Shown here: positions 21,755-33,163 of the stretch, piece by piece
Layout of the letters: every line of letters begins with the position of its first letter
How positions within the stretch are numbered: position 1 is the first letter of the stretch
Assembly (NCBI RefSeq): GCF_006345805.1
Contig: NC_042998.1
Coordinates: 153,388,001-153,452,000, forward strand
From: Octopus sinensis
Lineage: Eukaryota
Reading direction: 5' to 3'
Length of the DNA stretch: 64,000 bases
Translations under genes and position numbers: made by a program
Notes under the pieces: model-generated
The model's database searches: none
The model's input: the letters and a program-made list of their open reading frames with translations, nothing else
What the model was told of the DNA's origin: nothing

Positions 21755-24658
21755 GGTTAATATAGGGCGTGACAAATATCGGAAAATCAAAAAAAAAATG
21801 TGTGTAATAGGTGTAAAACAACTTCCTATGAACGAATATGAAAAAAAAAATTCGCGCACGCGAAAGGGGGGTGGGGGAGAGTCCTCGGAAAATTCACATC
21901 GGGAAGTTCCGAAAGCGTCTGAGGGGCTGACCCGGGCACCAAAACAAAAAAAAAATTGTGTAATATGTGTAAAACAACTTGCTCTAAACGAATATGAAAA
22001 AAAAAATTCGCTCTCGAGAAAGAGGGGTGGGGGAGAGGCCTCGGAAAATTTATGTCGGGAATTTCCGAAAGCGTCTGAACCGGGCACAAAAACAAAAACA
22101 AAAACAGCGTAATAGGTGTAAAAAAAATTGCTCTAAACGACTATCATGAAAAAAATGCGCGCTCGCGAAAGGGGGGTGGGGGAGAGGCTTCGGAAATTCA
22201 CACATGAATCATAAACTCCGTATTTTTGTACATATTTCGCAAAAAAAAAAATAATAAAGAGAAGAAATTCTGGAAAAAGTGAAGAAATGTTGGATCTCTG
22301 CCATGTGAATCAAAATACGTGTCAGAAACATCTTGAAATACTACAGAAATTATGTTACGAAAATGATAATGTATACATACCTCTTTGAGTGGTCCATCGA
22401 CAGTGTTGATAAAGAAATGAGATGGGTTGCGTTTGGAGGAAAAAATTATCGCGGGCCAGGATAAAGACTTGCTGCTGCCAATAAGAATATGTGTATTCTC
22501 TTGGCAGCAGGTCTGATGCTGTCCAAAAAAAGGAACTTCGCCATGTATTGTTTTAGGTAACAGGCACGAATGCCTGGGCGAACAACCGATTTCTTCACTG
22601 ACCCCCACAATCTCTCTATTGTCTGCGTGTGCACCGACGTGTTTGTCGGATCCACAAAGTTTTCGCTGTGGTTGACGCGGAAGTGAGTATACCCGATATT
22701 TCCAAGAGAGTTATAAGCACCCCAAGAATCACTATATACTACCGACCCTTGGCGTATATATCGGGTAATTAAGGGGATCAGTGTGGCGGCATCTCGCCTT
22801 TCCTCTTCACCACACTCAGATGAAAGAGGTATCAAAAATTTCTTTTTGGCTACCCGCTCGATTCCACCGAAGAGCCAGATAGTTTTTGTCAGTCTTCCTC
22901 GATTGTATTTCCTCCTTACAATAACAGATTCGTCGATCTCCACTTCAACTCCTGGTCCACCGATTTGGTCCTGGTAATTCTCTACCCAATGTTGACAAAC
23001 CTCGGAGCAGAAGGATCGCCAATCGATTGAGGTCGAATACGAAATTTTCAAATTTTCAACGGCTAATGAGTGCGACCAACCGTCTATGAGGAAGTAATTT
23101 ACAAATAACAAGATTTGACCTGGTGATAGCTGGCTCTTCCCCAAAAATGTATTGCTGTATAGGGATATTGAATATCGACATTGTGTTGGCCGTTGCCTTC
23201 GACGGCGAACAGTCCTTCCACATCGGAAGATGTTTGTATTTCCTTGCAATGTACATGGTAAATTGCATCTAGGGCAGTCAACTGTGCGGGGAATGATATT
23301 ATGTTTTCGAAAAAAATCCAATGCCTCAATGTCATTAGTAAATCGGCGAATCCCATCCTGTAATGTTAATTCACATGAATTGCAAAGGGCCACTCTCTAT
23401 CATAAAACTTAACGCTTGTGTATCTACGACTGAAATGAATATATGAACTTGTTCTGTACCAAGGAGCGGGAAATCCTCCACACCAGAAGAATGGATGAGT
23501 AAACACTGGTCAATGAAAGGTCAGTCTTTTGTCTAAGAACAGTTGTTTACAAGACGATAGTTGGTACCAAGTTCTATTCAAGAAAGGTCAGTCTTTTGTC
23601 TAAGAACAGTTGTTTACAAGACGATAGTTGGTAACAAGTTCTATTCAAGACAAAAGACTGACCTTTCATTGACCAGTGTTTACTCATCCATTCTTCTGGT
23701 GTGGAGGATTTCCCGCTCCTTGGTACAGAACAAGTTCATATATTCATTTCAGTCGTAGATACACAAGCGTTAAGTTTTATCCTGGCCCGCGATAATTTTT
23801 TCCTCCAAACGCAACCCATCTCATTTCTTTATCAACACTGTCGATGGACCACTCAAAGAGGTATGTATACATTATCATTTTCGTAACATAATTTCTGTAG
23901 TATTTCAAGATGTTTCTGACACGTATTTTGATTCACATGGCAGAGATCCAACATTTCTTCACTTTTTCCAGAATTTCTTCTCTTTATTTTTTTTTTTTTG
24001 CGAAATATGTACAAAAATACGGAGTTTATGATTCATGTATGAATTTCCGAAGCCTCTCCCCCACCCCTCTTTCTCGAGAGCGCATTTTTTTTTTCATATT
24101 CGTTTAGAGCAAGTTGTTTTACACATATTACACTATTTCAGAATTTCTTCTCTTTATTATTTTTTTTTTTTTGCGAAATATGTACAAAAATACGGAGTTT
24201 ATGATTCATGTGTGAATTTCCGAAGCCTCTCCCCCACCCCCCTTTCGCGAGCGCGCATTTTTTTCATGATAGTCGTTTAGAGCAATTTTTTTTACACCTA
24301 TTACGCTGTTTTTGTTTTTGTTTTTGTGCCCGGTTCAGACGCTTTCGGAAATTCCCGACATAAATTTTCCGAGGCCTCTCCCCCACCCCTCTTTCTCGAG
24401 AGCGAATTTTTTTTTTCATATTCGTTTAGAGCAAGTTGTTTTACACATATTACACAATTTTTTTTTTGTTTTGGTGCCCGGGTCAGCCCCTCAGACGCTT
24501 TCGGAACTTCCCGATGTGAATTTTCCGAGGCCTCTCCCCCACCCCCCTTTCGCGTGCGCGAATTTTTTTTTTCATATTCGTTCATAGGAAGTTGTTTTAC
24601 ACCTATTACACACATTTTTTTTTTGATTTTCCGATATTTGTCACGCCCTATATTAACC
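21755..24658. mobile_element. Merlin-superfamily DNA transposon arranged as an inverted dimer, in DGKE intron 1
   Basis: Termini GGTTAATATAGGGCGTGAC...GTCACGCCCTATATTAACC. 8-bp TSD CCAATGTC at 21747-21754 and 24659-24666. Outer inverted arms 21755-22465 / 23776-24658; inner inverted repeat 23402-23534 / 23648-23780. Confidence 0.92.
22446..23393 (-). CDS. Merlin (IS1016/IS1595-like, ISXO2-type) DDE transposase, 315 codons, open but beginning at GTG
   Basis: N-terminal Cys cluster (CPRC...FRC...C), IGGPGVEVEIDES, KYNRGR, WLFGGIER, DAATLIPLI, VYSDSWGAY, VNHSENFVDP and HTQTIERLW. Codon 1 is GTG, with an in-frame TAG two codons upstream. Confidence 0.9.
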   Translation of the reverse strand: MALCNSCELTLQDGIRRFTNDIEALDFFRKHNIIPRTVDCPRCNLPCTLQGNTNIFRCGRTVRRRRQRPTQCRYSISLYSNTFLGKSQLSPGQILLFVNYFLIDGWSHSLAVENLKISYSTSIDWRSFCSEVCQHWVENYQDQIGGPGVEVEIDESVIVRRKYNRGRLTKTIWLFGGIERVAKKKFLIPLSSECGEEERRDAATLIPLITRYIRQGSVVYSDSWGAYNSLGNIGYTHFRVNHSENFVDPTNTSVHTQTIERLWGSVKKSVVRPGIRACYLKQYMAKFLFLDSIRPAAKRIHIFLLAAASLYPGPR

Positions 24659-26452
24659 CCAATGTCTCGGTAATTTATCTCACTATAAATATAGCCAGTT
24701 TATTGGAGAGCTAGACACATTTCGTCCTTCTAAGTAGAAGTACTGCATAATTAATGAGGGTTTCAAACCCTAACAGAAATCTATCTTAGACAGATTTTGA
24801 TTACTTGAATCAAATGATCTATGTGTGTGTGTGAGACTTTCATGACTTTCTTGAACTGTGGGAGTGTGTGTATGGTGTAGTGTGTTGGCAAGGTCTCTTG
24901 ATAATGTCAAGCTGACACATGTTGCTCTTATTGATATCAACTAACCAGCTCTGATTTTTTCAGGTTTTTTCTTCATTTATGTCTTTTTATTCATTTTTTT
25001 ACCAATTCAGTTGCATTGACTATTGTGGCTGTTTCTATAGGTCACTGACTATTATTATTCAACTTCACTCAGATTTGGTCTTCTTTGTGGTAGAATTTAC
25101 ATGGGTAGCAGGTTACTACCTGTAACCTTAGATATCCACAAGCTTTCAGTAATCTTTCAAATGCATAAAATCCTCCTGATAATCTTTCCTGTTCCTAAGA
25201 GGCAAACTTTCTGTAGAAGCTCTTCAGGACAGTCCATTCCTGTCTCCTTCCTAATTACAGGCAAGACCTTAATAGTTTTCATGTTCTAAATTCTCACAGT
25301 TTCAAATTTTAAGGGATTGTATATTTTTAATTTTTCATCTTCTTTCTTTACAATCCTAAAATCAGACATGATGGATCAGTCAGCAAGCAAATTCACTTTT
25401 CCCTATATATTATTTTTATATCTGGTTTATCATTTTCTAGCTCCTTATCTGTTTGAATAGAAAATCCCATAAAATTTTGCATATTCTCCTTGAGCCAGCT
25501 TGAGACATTCTACATTCTTTCATTCCAAATTCCACATACTCTACATTTTGCTGACACCTTCTCCCCATTACACATATTTTTTCAAGTTGTTTATCTTTAA
25601 CACGTAATCTTGAGGCTCTCTGTTTCTTTTTTCAGTTGCCCTTTTTTCAACCAAGTCCAGAACTTTGTTCTATATACTTCTTCAGTCACTTTCCAAAACT
25701 AACCATGCAAAGATTTTTCTTTAATGTGTTTAAAATACTTTCTTTAAATTTCATTCTTGCTCTTTTCTCCTATTCCACACTTGATCACCTGCTTCTTATT
25801 CACTATCTTCAGTAATTTCTCTCAGCTGTTCTATAAATATTCCTTTCAATCTGTCACACTCTTCCACAGCAATTAAACCTGTTCCACTCTGGTCTCTCAA
25901 GTACAACTGGTTGATATCAGTTTTTGGATGATGGGCTTCTTTCATAGTCAGCAGCTTTCTAGTTTTTCTGTCAAGTTTCTGTATGTTGTTTTTCGTCCAA
26001 TCTACAATTCATGCTCCATTTTTTGCTTCAGTAACATTTTTTGAATTCAGCTTTTACTGTAATATTTTCCTTACTCCCCTTACTTGTAATTTGCTTCATC
26101 TCTTCATGTTTTATTTCATCTGCCTCCAATATTCCCAAATACTTACACTACTGTCCTTCTTCTACTGCTTTCATTGTTTGCCCATTTGGTATCCTTCAAA
26201 TCTTTCTCATTTCATTATCAATATAGCACATTTTTCAATCCTGAATTCCAAACCTATATCATTTGAAAAACTGTGAGCAGTTTGTACTAGACTTTTCAGC
26301 TGCACCTCAGTTTATGCATAAAGCTTTATATCATCCATAAAAAGGAGATGATTTATCTGACCATACTCTTTTCCCAAATCATGAGCTATTTTAACTTCTC
26401 ATAACATCAAACTTAGTGATATCATGGCCAATACAAATAATAATGGACATAA

Positions 26453-29103
26453 GCCGTGAGGACCAAAGACTGGGGGTGTTTCGCGTTGCAAGACAGTGTG
26501 TGAGAGAGAATCGTGATGTGGTAGGAGAGAAATGTGTTCGCATGGAAGATGGTTCACTTGCGCTAAATGAGGATGCAAAGAGAGAGGTTTGGAGACGCCA
26601 CTATGAAAGGTTGCTGAATAAAGAAAATGAATGGGATAAAGAGAGTCTGCCGAATGTCGAACCAACAGAGGGACCTGCTATCTGAGTTGACAGTTCCTTG
26701 GTAGTTAAGGCAATTACAAGCATGAAGACAGGGAAAGCCCCAGGCCCATCAGGAATCATTGCAGAGATGCTCAAAATATCTGGTAGTATCGGCTATAGCC
26801 TAGTCACCCGTATAGTTAATCAGGTGATACATGAAGGAGTCATACCCAATGACTGGTGTAGCAGCATAATAGTCAACTGCTACAAAGGTAAAGGTGATGC
26901 CCTAGATACAAATAATTACAGAGGTATCAAGCTGTTGGATCAGGTAATGAAGGTTACGGAGGGGGTCATAGCCCAACTAATTAGAGAGAGAGAGTTAGCT
27001 TAGATGAGATGTAGTTTGGTTTCGTGCCAGGGAAAAGTACCACTGATGCTATATTCCTGGTAAGGCAGCTGCAGGAGAAATACCTAGCCAAAGACAAGCC
27101 CCAGTACCTGGCTTTTGTTGATGTGGAGAAAGCCTTCGACAGGGTCCCCCGATCCCTTATCTGGTGGTCAATGAGGAAACTAGGGATAGATGAATGGTTA
27201 GTGAGAGCTGTGCGAGCCATGTACAGGGACGCTGCTAGTAAGGTGAGGGTTGGCAACGAGTACAGTGAAGAATTTCGGGTAGTGGTAGGGGTCCACCAAG
27301 GCTCAGTCCTCAGCCCCCTCCTATTTATCATAGTCCTCCAGGCAATAACGGAGGAATTCAAGACAGGATGCCCCTGGGAGCTCATCTATACTGATGACCT
27401 TGCTCTAATTGCTGAGTCACTATCAGAACTGGAGAAGTTTCAGGTGTGGAAGCAAGGATTAGAATTGAAGCGCCTTAGAGTCAATCTAGCTAAAACCAAA
27501 GTCCTAATAAGTAGGAAGGTAGACAAATCACAAACGCCTTCAGGTAGATAGCCCTGCTCGATCTGTAGAAAAGGTGTAGGTAGAAACTCTATAAGATGCA
27601 CCAAGTGTAAGCTATGGACACATAAGAGGTGCAGCAATGTCAAAGGAAGGCTAACTAGGAAGATAGTTTTTGTATGTGGCAGATGCTCAGGAGCAATAAA
27701 CACTGAAAATGCTCTAAGACTAACTTCTACCACATTCCAGGGAGAAAAACTAGAAATAGTTGATAGCTTCCGTTACCTAGGTGACCAAGTCAGCTGCGGG
27801 GGCGAGTGTGCTGAAAGTATAACTGCTAGAGTAGGAATAGCTTGGGCAAAGTTCAGAGAGCTCTTACCTCTGCTGGTTACAAAAGGCCTCTCGCTCAGAG
27901 TAAAAGGCAGACTGCATGACGCGTGTGTAAGAACAGCCATGCTACATGGCAGTGAAACATGGGCCGTGACTACTGAGGATATGCGTAAGCTCGCAAGAAA
28001 TGAAGCCAGTATGCTCCGATGGATGTGTAATGTCAGTATTCATACTCAACAGAGTGTAAGTACCTTGAGAGAAAAGCTGGACCTAAGAAGCATCAGATGT
28101 GGTGTGCAAGAGAGACGTTTGCGCTTGTATGGTCATGTGGCGAGAATGGATGAAGATAGTTGTGTGAAAAAGTGCAACACCCTAGCGGTTGAGGGAACCT
28201 GTGGAAGAGGCAGACCCAGGAAAACCTGGGACGAGGTGGTGAAGCACGACCTTCAAACTTTAGGTCTCACTGAGGAAATGACTAGAGACCGAGACCTTTG
28301 GAAGTATGCTGTGCGTGAGAAGACCCAGCAGGACAAGTGAGACCATAACCCGTGGCCTTCTACATGGGATGTAGCCAGCCCACTTAAGCATACCTTCCCT
28401 TCTTGGGACACAAAACTCTACTTGTGAAGACCTGTTGAGGCAAGTGAGAATCAGAATCGAAATCGATCAATGGAAATTGCAGCTGAGTTACCAGTGCCGG
28501 TGGCACGTAAGAGAACCATCCGAATGTGGCCATTGCCAGTGCCGTCCCGACTGGCCTCGTGCCGGTGGCACGTAAAAAGCACCATCCGTTCGTGGCCGTT
28601 GCCAGCGCCGCCCCGACTGGCCTCGTGCCGGTGGCACGTAAAAAGCTTCATCCATTCGTGGCCGTTGCCAGCCTCGCCTGGCCCCCGTGCCGGTGGCACG
28701 TAAAAAGCACCATCCGTTTGTGGCCATTTGCCAGACTCGTCTGGCACCACCATCCGTTCGTGGCCGTTGCCAGCGCCGCCCCGACTGGCCTCGTGCCAGT
28801 GGCACATAAAAAGCACCATCCGTTCATGGCCGTTGCCAGCCTCGCCTGGCCCCCGTGCCAGTGGCACATAAAAAGCACCATCCGATCATGGCCGTTTGCC
28901 AGACTTGTCTGGCACCTGTGCCGGTGGCACGTAAAAAGCACCCACTACACTCATGGAGTGGTTGGCGTTAGGAAGGGCATCCAACCATAGAAACATTGCC
29001 AGATCAAACTGGGCCTGGTGCAGCCTTCTGGCTTCCCAGACCCCAGTTGAACCGTCCAACCCGTGCTAGCATGGAAAGCGGACGCTAAACAATGATGATG
29101 ATA
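26453..29103 (+). mobile_element. 5'-truncated RTE LINE with stops and frameshifts and an expanded 3'-UTR repeat array
   Basis: Collinear with 11703-14047. ORF pieces at 26698, 27024 and 27939. (GAT)n tail at ~29092-29102. Confidence 0.95.
28490..28950 (+). repeat. ~60-65-bp tandem hairpin units in the RTE 3' UTR
   Basis: Seven GTGCC(G/A)GTGGCAC(G/A)TAA motifs separated by GCCAG...CTGGC linkers. Confidence 0.85.
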
Positions 29104-29774
29104 AGCTATAACCACATCTGATACTTACTCTCCCAAGTCTTTGTTTTCCTCCTATCAATTTAGTATTCTAATGTTTCATACTTTCATTGACCTTTCCTGC
29201 CACTCCAAACATTCTCATTGTTTTACTTATTCAATTGTGCACCTACAATTTCTAATTATCATTTTATCAACTAATAATTAGTCTTTAGTTAACCTACTTT
29301 GCTCTATCCTTTCTGTCCCACTGGAAGTAAACTGTTACTTTCTAGGTGATTATATAACTTTTCCCCCCAAGACACCTGTTATAAACTTCCACACAAGTGG
29401 CAAAGAAGTTATAGGTCAAACAGCTGACAGCTATTTATCTTTTAAGGGCATCCTCAGGACATAACAACATTCATCCACTTGTCATCTAGGTCCCTGTTGT
29501 AACATGTCCCTGTTGTAAGCATTCATCAAGATGTGCAGCAATCCTTTCATGCAACAGTTGCAAGTTGTCTCTCTACCTGTGTTAGTCACTCAGCACTTTC
29601 TTTGTGTCTCACTGGCCTGTTCCAATGTTCTCAAAATACTTTACTTTCTTCTGCATCAGGAATCACTTCCTGATGTTGATCCCCCTTTGTTTCCTCAAAA
29701 AGACATCTTCTATTTGATTGAAACAGTCTATTCTTTTCAAAACCTTTACACTTAGCATCACATCTTTTCATGTA

Positions 29775-30360
29775 CAGTAATACCTCACTTTACAAGGACC
29801 CACTTTATGAGGCCCTGGATTTATGAGTATTATTTTTCAGATCACTTTTGTATGGTGAGCTGAAATTTTTCAAGCACAAGATCCAAATTTTGAACAAAAT
29901 GCAAAAATTTCTACTACCATAACAGATGCTTCTGCATGTTACCAAGAAATTTATAGAGAGCCCAAAAATGTTTCTTCTAAGCAAACAACTCTAGACTTAT
30001 TTTTTAAAAAGAAATCTACAAGTCTGTCTATGAGTGCTTGTGAATTGACAATCATGTCTGCAAGTGATTGTGTGCACGAGTCTAGTGCAAGTGAAAGTGA
30101 TTCAGAAAACAATTATAAAATTATTTTTTATTATAAATAATCTTGACGTTCTTTTTATTTTATGTAAAATATTCTTTACACTCTACTGTTGTTTTATTGC
30201 CATTTATTTACAAGCATTATAAATCTTATTGGTAAAATATTTTTCTGGGAATGAATTACAATTTATGATATTGCTACTGTGGGAAATTATTGCTCTGCTT
30301 TATGAGTTTTTGCTTTACAGTCACCAGGGACAAATCAAATTGTATATCAAGGTTTTACTG
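29775..30360 (+). mobile_element. Tigger/pogo-like internally deleted element
   Basis: TA|CAGTAATACCTCA left end and AGGTTTTACTG right end. An internal frame reads CYQEIYRE...KQTTLDLFFKKK, like Tigger C-termini. Confidence 0.55.
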
Positions 30361-32599
30361 AACTTGTTTTGCAAGGTTTCTGATGTGAAATCGTGTGTTG
30401 AAATAGATATTGTTATGTTTGAGGGTGGTCATATTTTTGTCAATTAACCACATGCACTATATACTTGGTTTTCACTTCAACTTTATTATTATTCTTATTT
30501 TAGTGTCCTTTGTCTGAAATCTTTCATCACACATCCTACAACCTCTTCAGTGAGTCTCCATCCCATGCATCTCCTGTTCTGTTTAGTCCATTCTGTCTTT
30601 CTGTGGTTTCTTTTCAATTTGGCCTTTATGACAATTATTCATGTACTGTTTGCTTCCCCCTCTCTTCTAACCTGTATTGTTCATTCAATTTTCTGATTAC
30701 AGCCTCATTCTTGAGTTCTCCTCTCATTATCCTATTTCATTGCCCCTGTTCTTTCTGTATCTTTTCCAACTTCATTCGTATTCCCTTCCTCCAGTTTGGA
30801 GCTTTCTTTTCCTTTCCTTTCTTTTCTTCAGCTGTCTTCTGCTTGTACTGTATTATGTCAGCTACAATATTAGCAGTAGCTATAGTTAGCTGATTTGTTT
30901 CACTAATGTTCTCAGTTTTAAAGCAAACTCAAAATGCCATTTACTTTACCTGTGTCTCTCCTTACTTTTCCTCTGTCCATATACCTTACATTTAGTGGCA
31001 TTTCATTGTTCACACCAAACATTTTACCTTGCAACTTTTCTAGAAGCTCCCCTTCATCTTTCAAGTCTTGTTCAACATTTGTTGTCACCTGTCCAGCTAA
31101 ATCACCTTCACTATTTACTTTTTCAGTGTTCTCAGGCACATAGTGATTTCCTTCTTTTCCATTTCTTCATCTCTTAGCCTTCCATTACCACTTTCTTTTA
31201 CAGTTGTTTCACACTCTTACTGTTCATTTTATATTCTCTGAATTTCTTCAACTAATCCTATAATCCAATCATTTATATGAATTGCCCTTGCCTCGTCTGT
31301 TAATTGTTGGAAGGAAAATTCAAAAACTCTCTTTTCATCCCATATTCTCTTCATTCATTTTGTGAAACCTCTTCTATTTAGCTTACTTCTCAGCCAACAT
31401 TCAACCACAATCTTGTTTACCTCTCTTTCCCATTTCATTTTCCTCTCACTGCACTTTTGACTTTGATTTTGATCCTGATTGATGACTTAATGACAGCCTG
31501 CCAAAGCTGCTTGATCAGAAAATGACTTACCTGCCACATGCAGCTCCCCCACTGTTAACAGTTCCAGTCCCATTGACACAGTTATTATTATTACTTAAAT
31601 ATGCCATCACTCATTTTGATGTAGCATACATAAGGTTGTGCAATCACCAGTATTTTTATTGTGACACCATCACTAGGTGGATTGCCATCCAAGGCTCAAT
31701 GAGTCCACAGCTACCCTCATATATGCTCTGATGGATGGCTGTTGACTTCTATGAGTTTATCCACCCTTTGATGAGTCTTGTTTTTCTTCCTGCAGAGTAT
31801 CCAACTATCACCCTCCTCACCAAGCACATTTAGTGGGTTTGCCAGTTTAGTCACTGAGAACCCAACTATTATTGTGTTTATTTTAAACCTAATTACAGCA
31901 TACACTCACCAACACTGGAAGTTCACTCGATACTCCCTCCAGACCAACACAATAAGGCAAGTACAAAATATACAACAGATAGTCCCCATCTTCACCAATT
32001 CCCTCCATTACTGCTTGGTCTTACACATTTAACTTCATTTTCATTATTTTTATTATCATTCTAGTTGTAATAATTATTATTACCATGCTCATCACTACTA
32101 CTCTCATTATTTTTACTAACATTACCATTTTTACTATCACTATCACTGCAATTTCACCATTACTATCACTATCATCTTTCCCACAGCCGCAATAAAAATT
32201 TCCAGTATAGGTGGCAGTGGTGGGATTGTGTGGGCACATCACAGAAATGCAAGCAAGTTATTATAATTATTTTTGAGTAATCTTATTTTTATCATGTGCT
32301 TTCACTGCCCTACTGAGCACAGTTCTGTGTGCCTTCAATATGAGCTGTGGTTTGTTTTGATTTTGTTATTTTCACTGTATTGAAAGTACTTTATGTAAGA
32401 TGAGCTCAATGCCTAGTAGTGCTATTTTCTGTATGTTACATGTATTCATAAGTCCTGGTGTTTGGTTATGTATTTGTATTTTTTTTTGTTCATACCTAAT
32501 GCACCTATTATTACGGGGATTATTTCTGTTTTTAGGCTCCACATTCAGGTTATCACTATTTCCAGATTTTTGTATTTTGAGTTTCTCTGTTTCTTTTAG

Positions 32600-33140
32600 A
32601 GATACATTGTCATCTGTTGGGATTGATACATTGATTAGAAAGCATTATTTTTTTTTAATGATCTCTGACAACTACATCCAGCCTATTAGCCTTGATCTCT
32701 CTATCTGTGAATTGACATATCCCAGAGAATTGTTGCTTTGTCATTTTCTGTGATCTTTTCTGGGAGATGCATATACCATCTTTTTTCTGTTGTCATTCCA
32801 TAGTATTGACGTAGCTTCCAGTGTATATAGGTCCCAAGTATGCATATCTGTGGGTATATTCCTTCTTAGTCAGAACTGGGTAGTCAGAGACAATATGATT
32901 TATTGTTTCTTGCCCATCACCACATATTCTGCAATTATTTGTTGTATTTTTCTTCATTATATGCTTCTGATAGAGAGGCTTTGATCTTGTGCTGCAATTA
33001 AAAATCCTTCAGTCTTCGCCTTGAGTTTTGAGTTTCTCAATCATTGTTGGGATTTTATTTTGTTTATTTCTTTTCTGTTTAGCTTATCCCAATATTTGCC
33101 TTGTAAGGACTTTTCTTCTTATTGTTTTATCATGGTATTT
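32600..33140 (-). mobile_element. R4/Dong-like 3' fragment
   Basis: Minus-strand ...TEGFLIAAQDQSL... motif; degenerate. Confidence 0.55.
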
Positions 33141-33163
33141 TGTTGTCCCAGTTTTAGTTTAGA

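Larger units (their letters stand above)
24900..31450 (-). mobile_element. Old R4/Dong-like LINE interrupted by a younger RTE and a Tigger remnant
   Basis: Minus-strand INHLLFMDDIKLY...IGLEFRIEKCA near 26200-26400, RPITSLPLVWKFITG near 29380-29420, and an N-terminal-like segment at 30800-31140. The pieces are collinear across the insertions; boundaries are approximate. Confidence 0.6.

Noticed and set aside
22446-23393. Bacterial IS1595 insertion or contamination, suggested by the GTG start
   Set aside because: It sits inside a spliced animal gene with an 8-bp TSD and eukaryotic flanks, and Merlin is a known animal superfamily related to IS1016/IS1595.
15557-26590. RTE fragments 15557-16177 and 26453-29103 as one element split by insertions
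   Set aside because: They overlap by ~135 nt of the same RTE region with differences, so they are independent copies.
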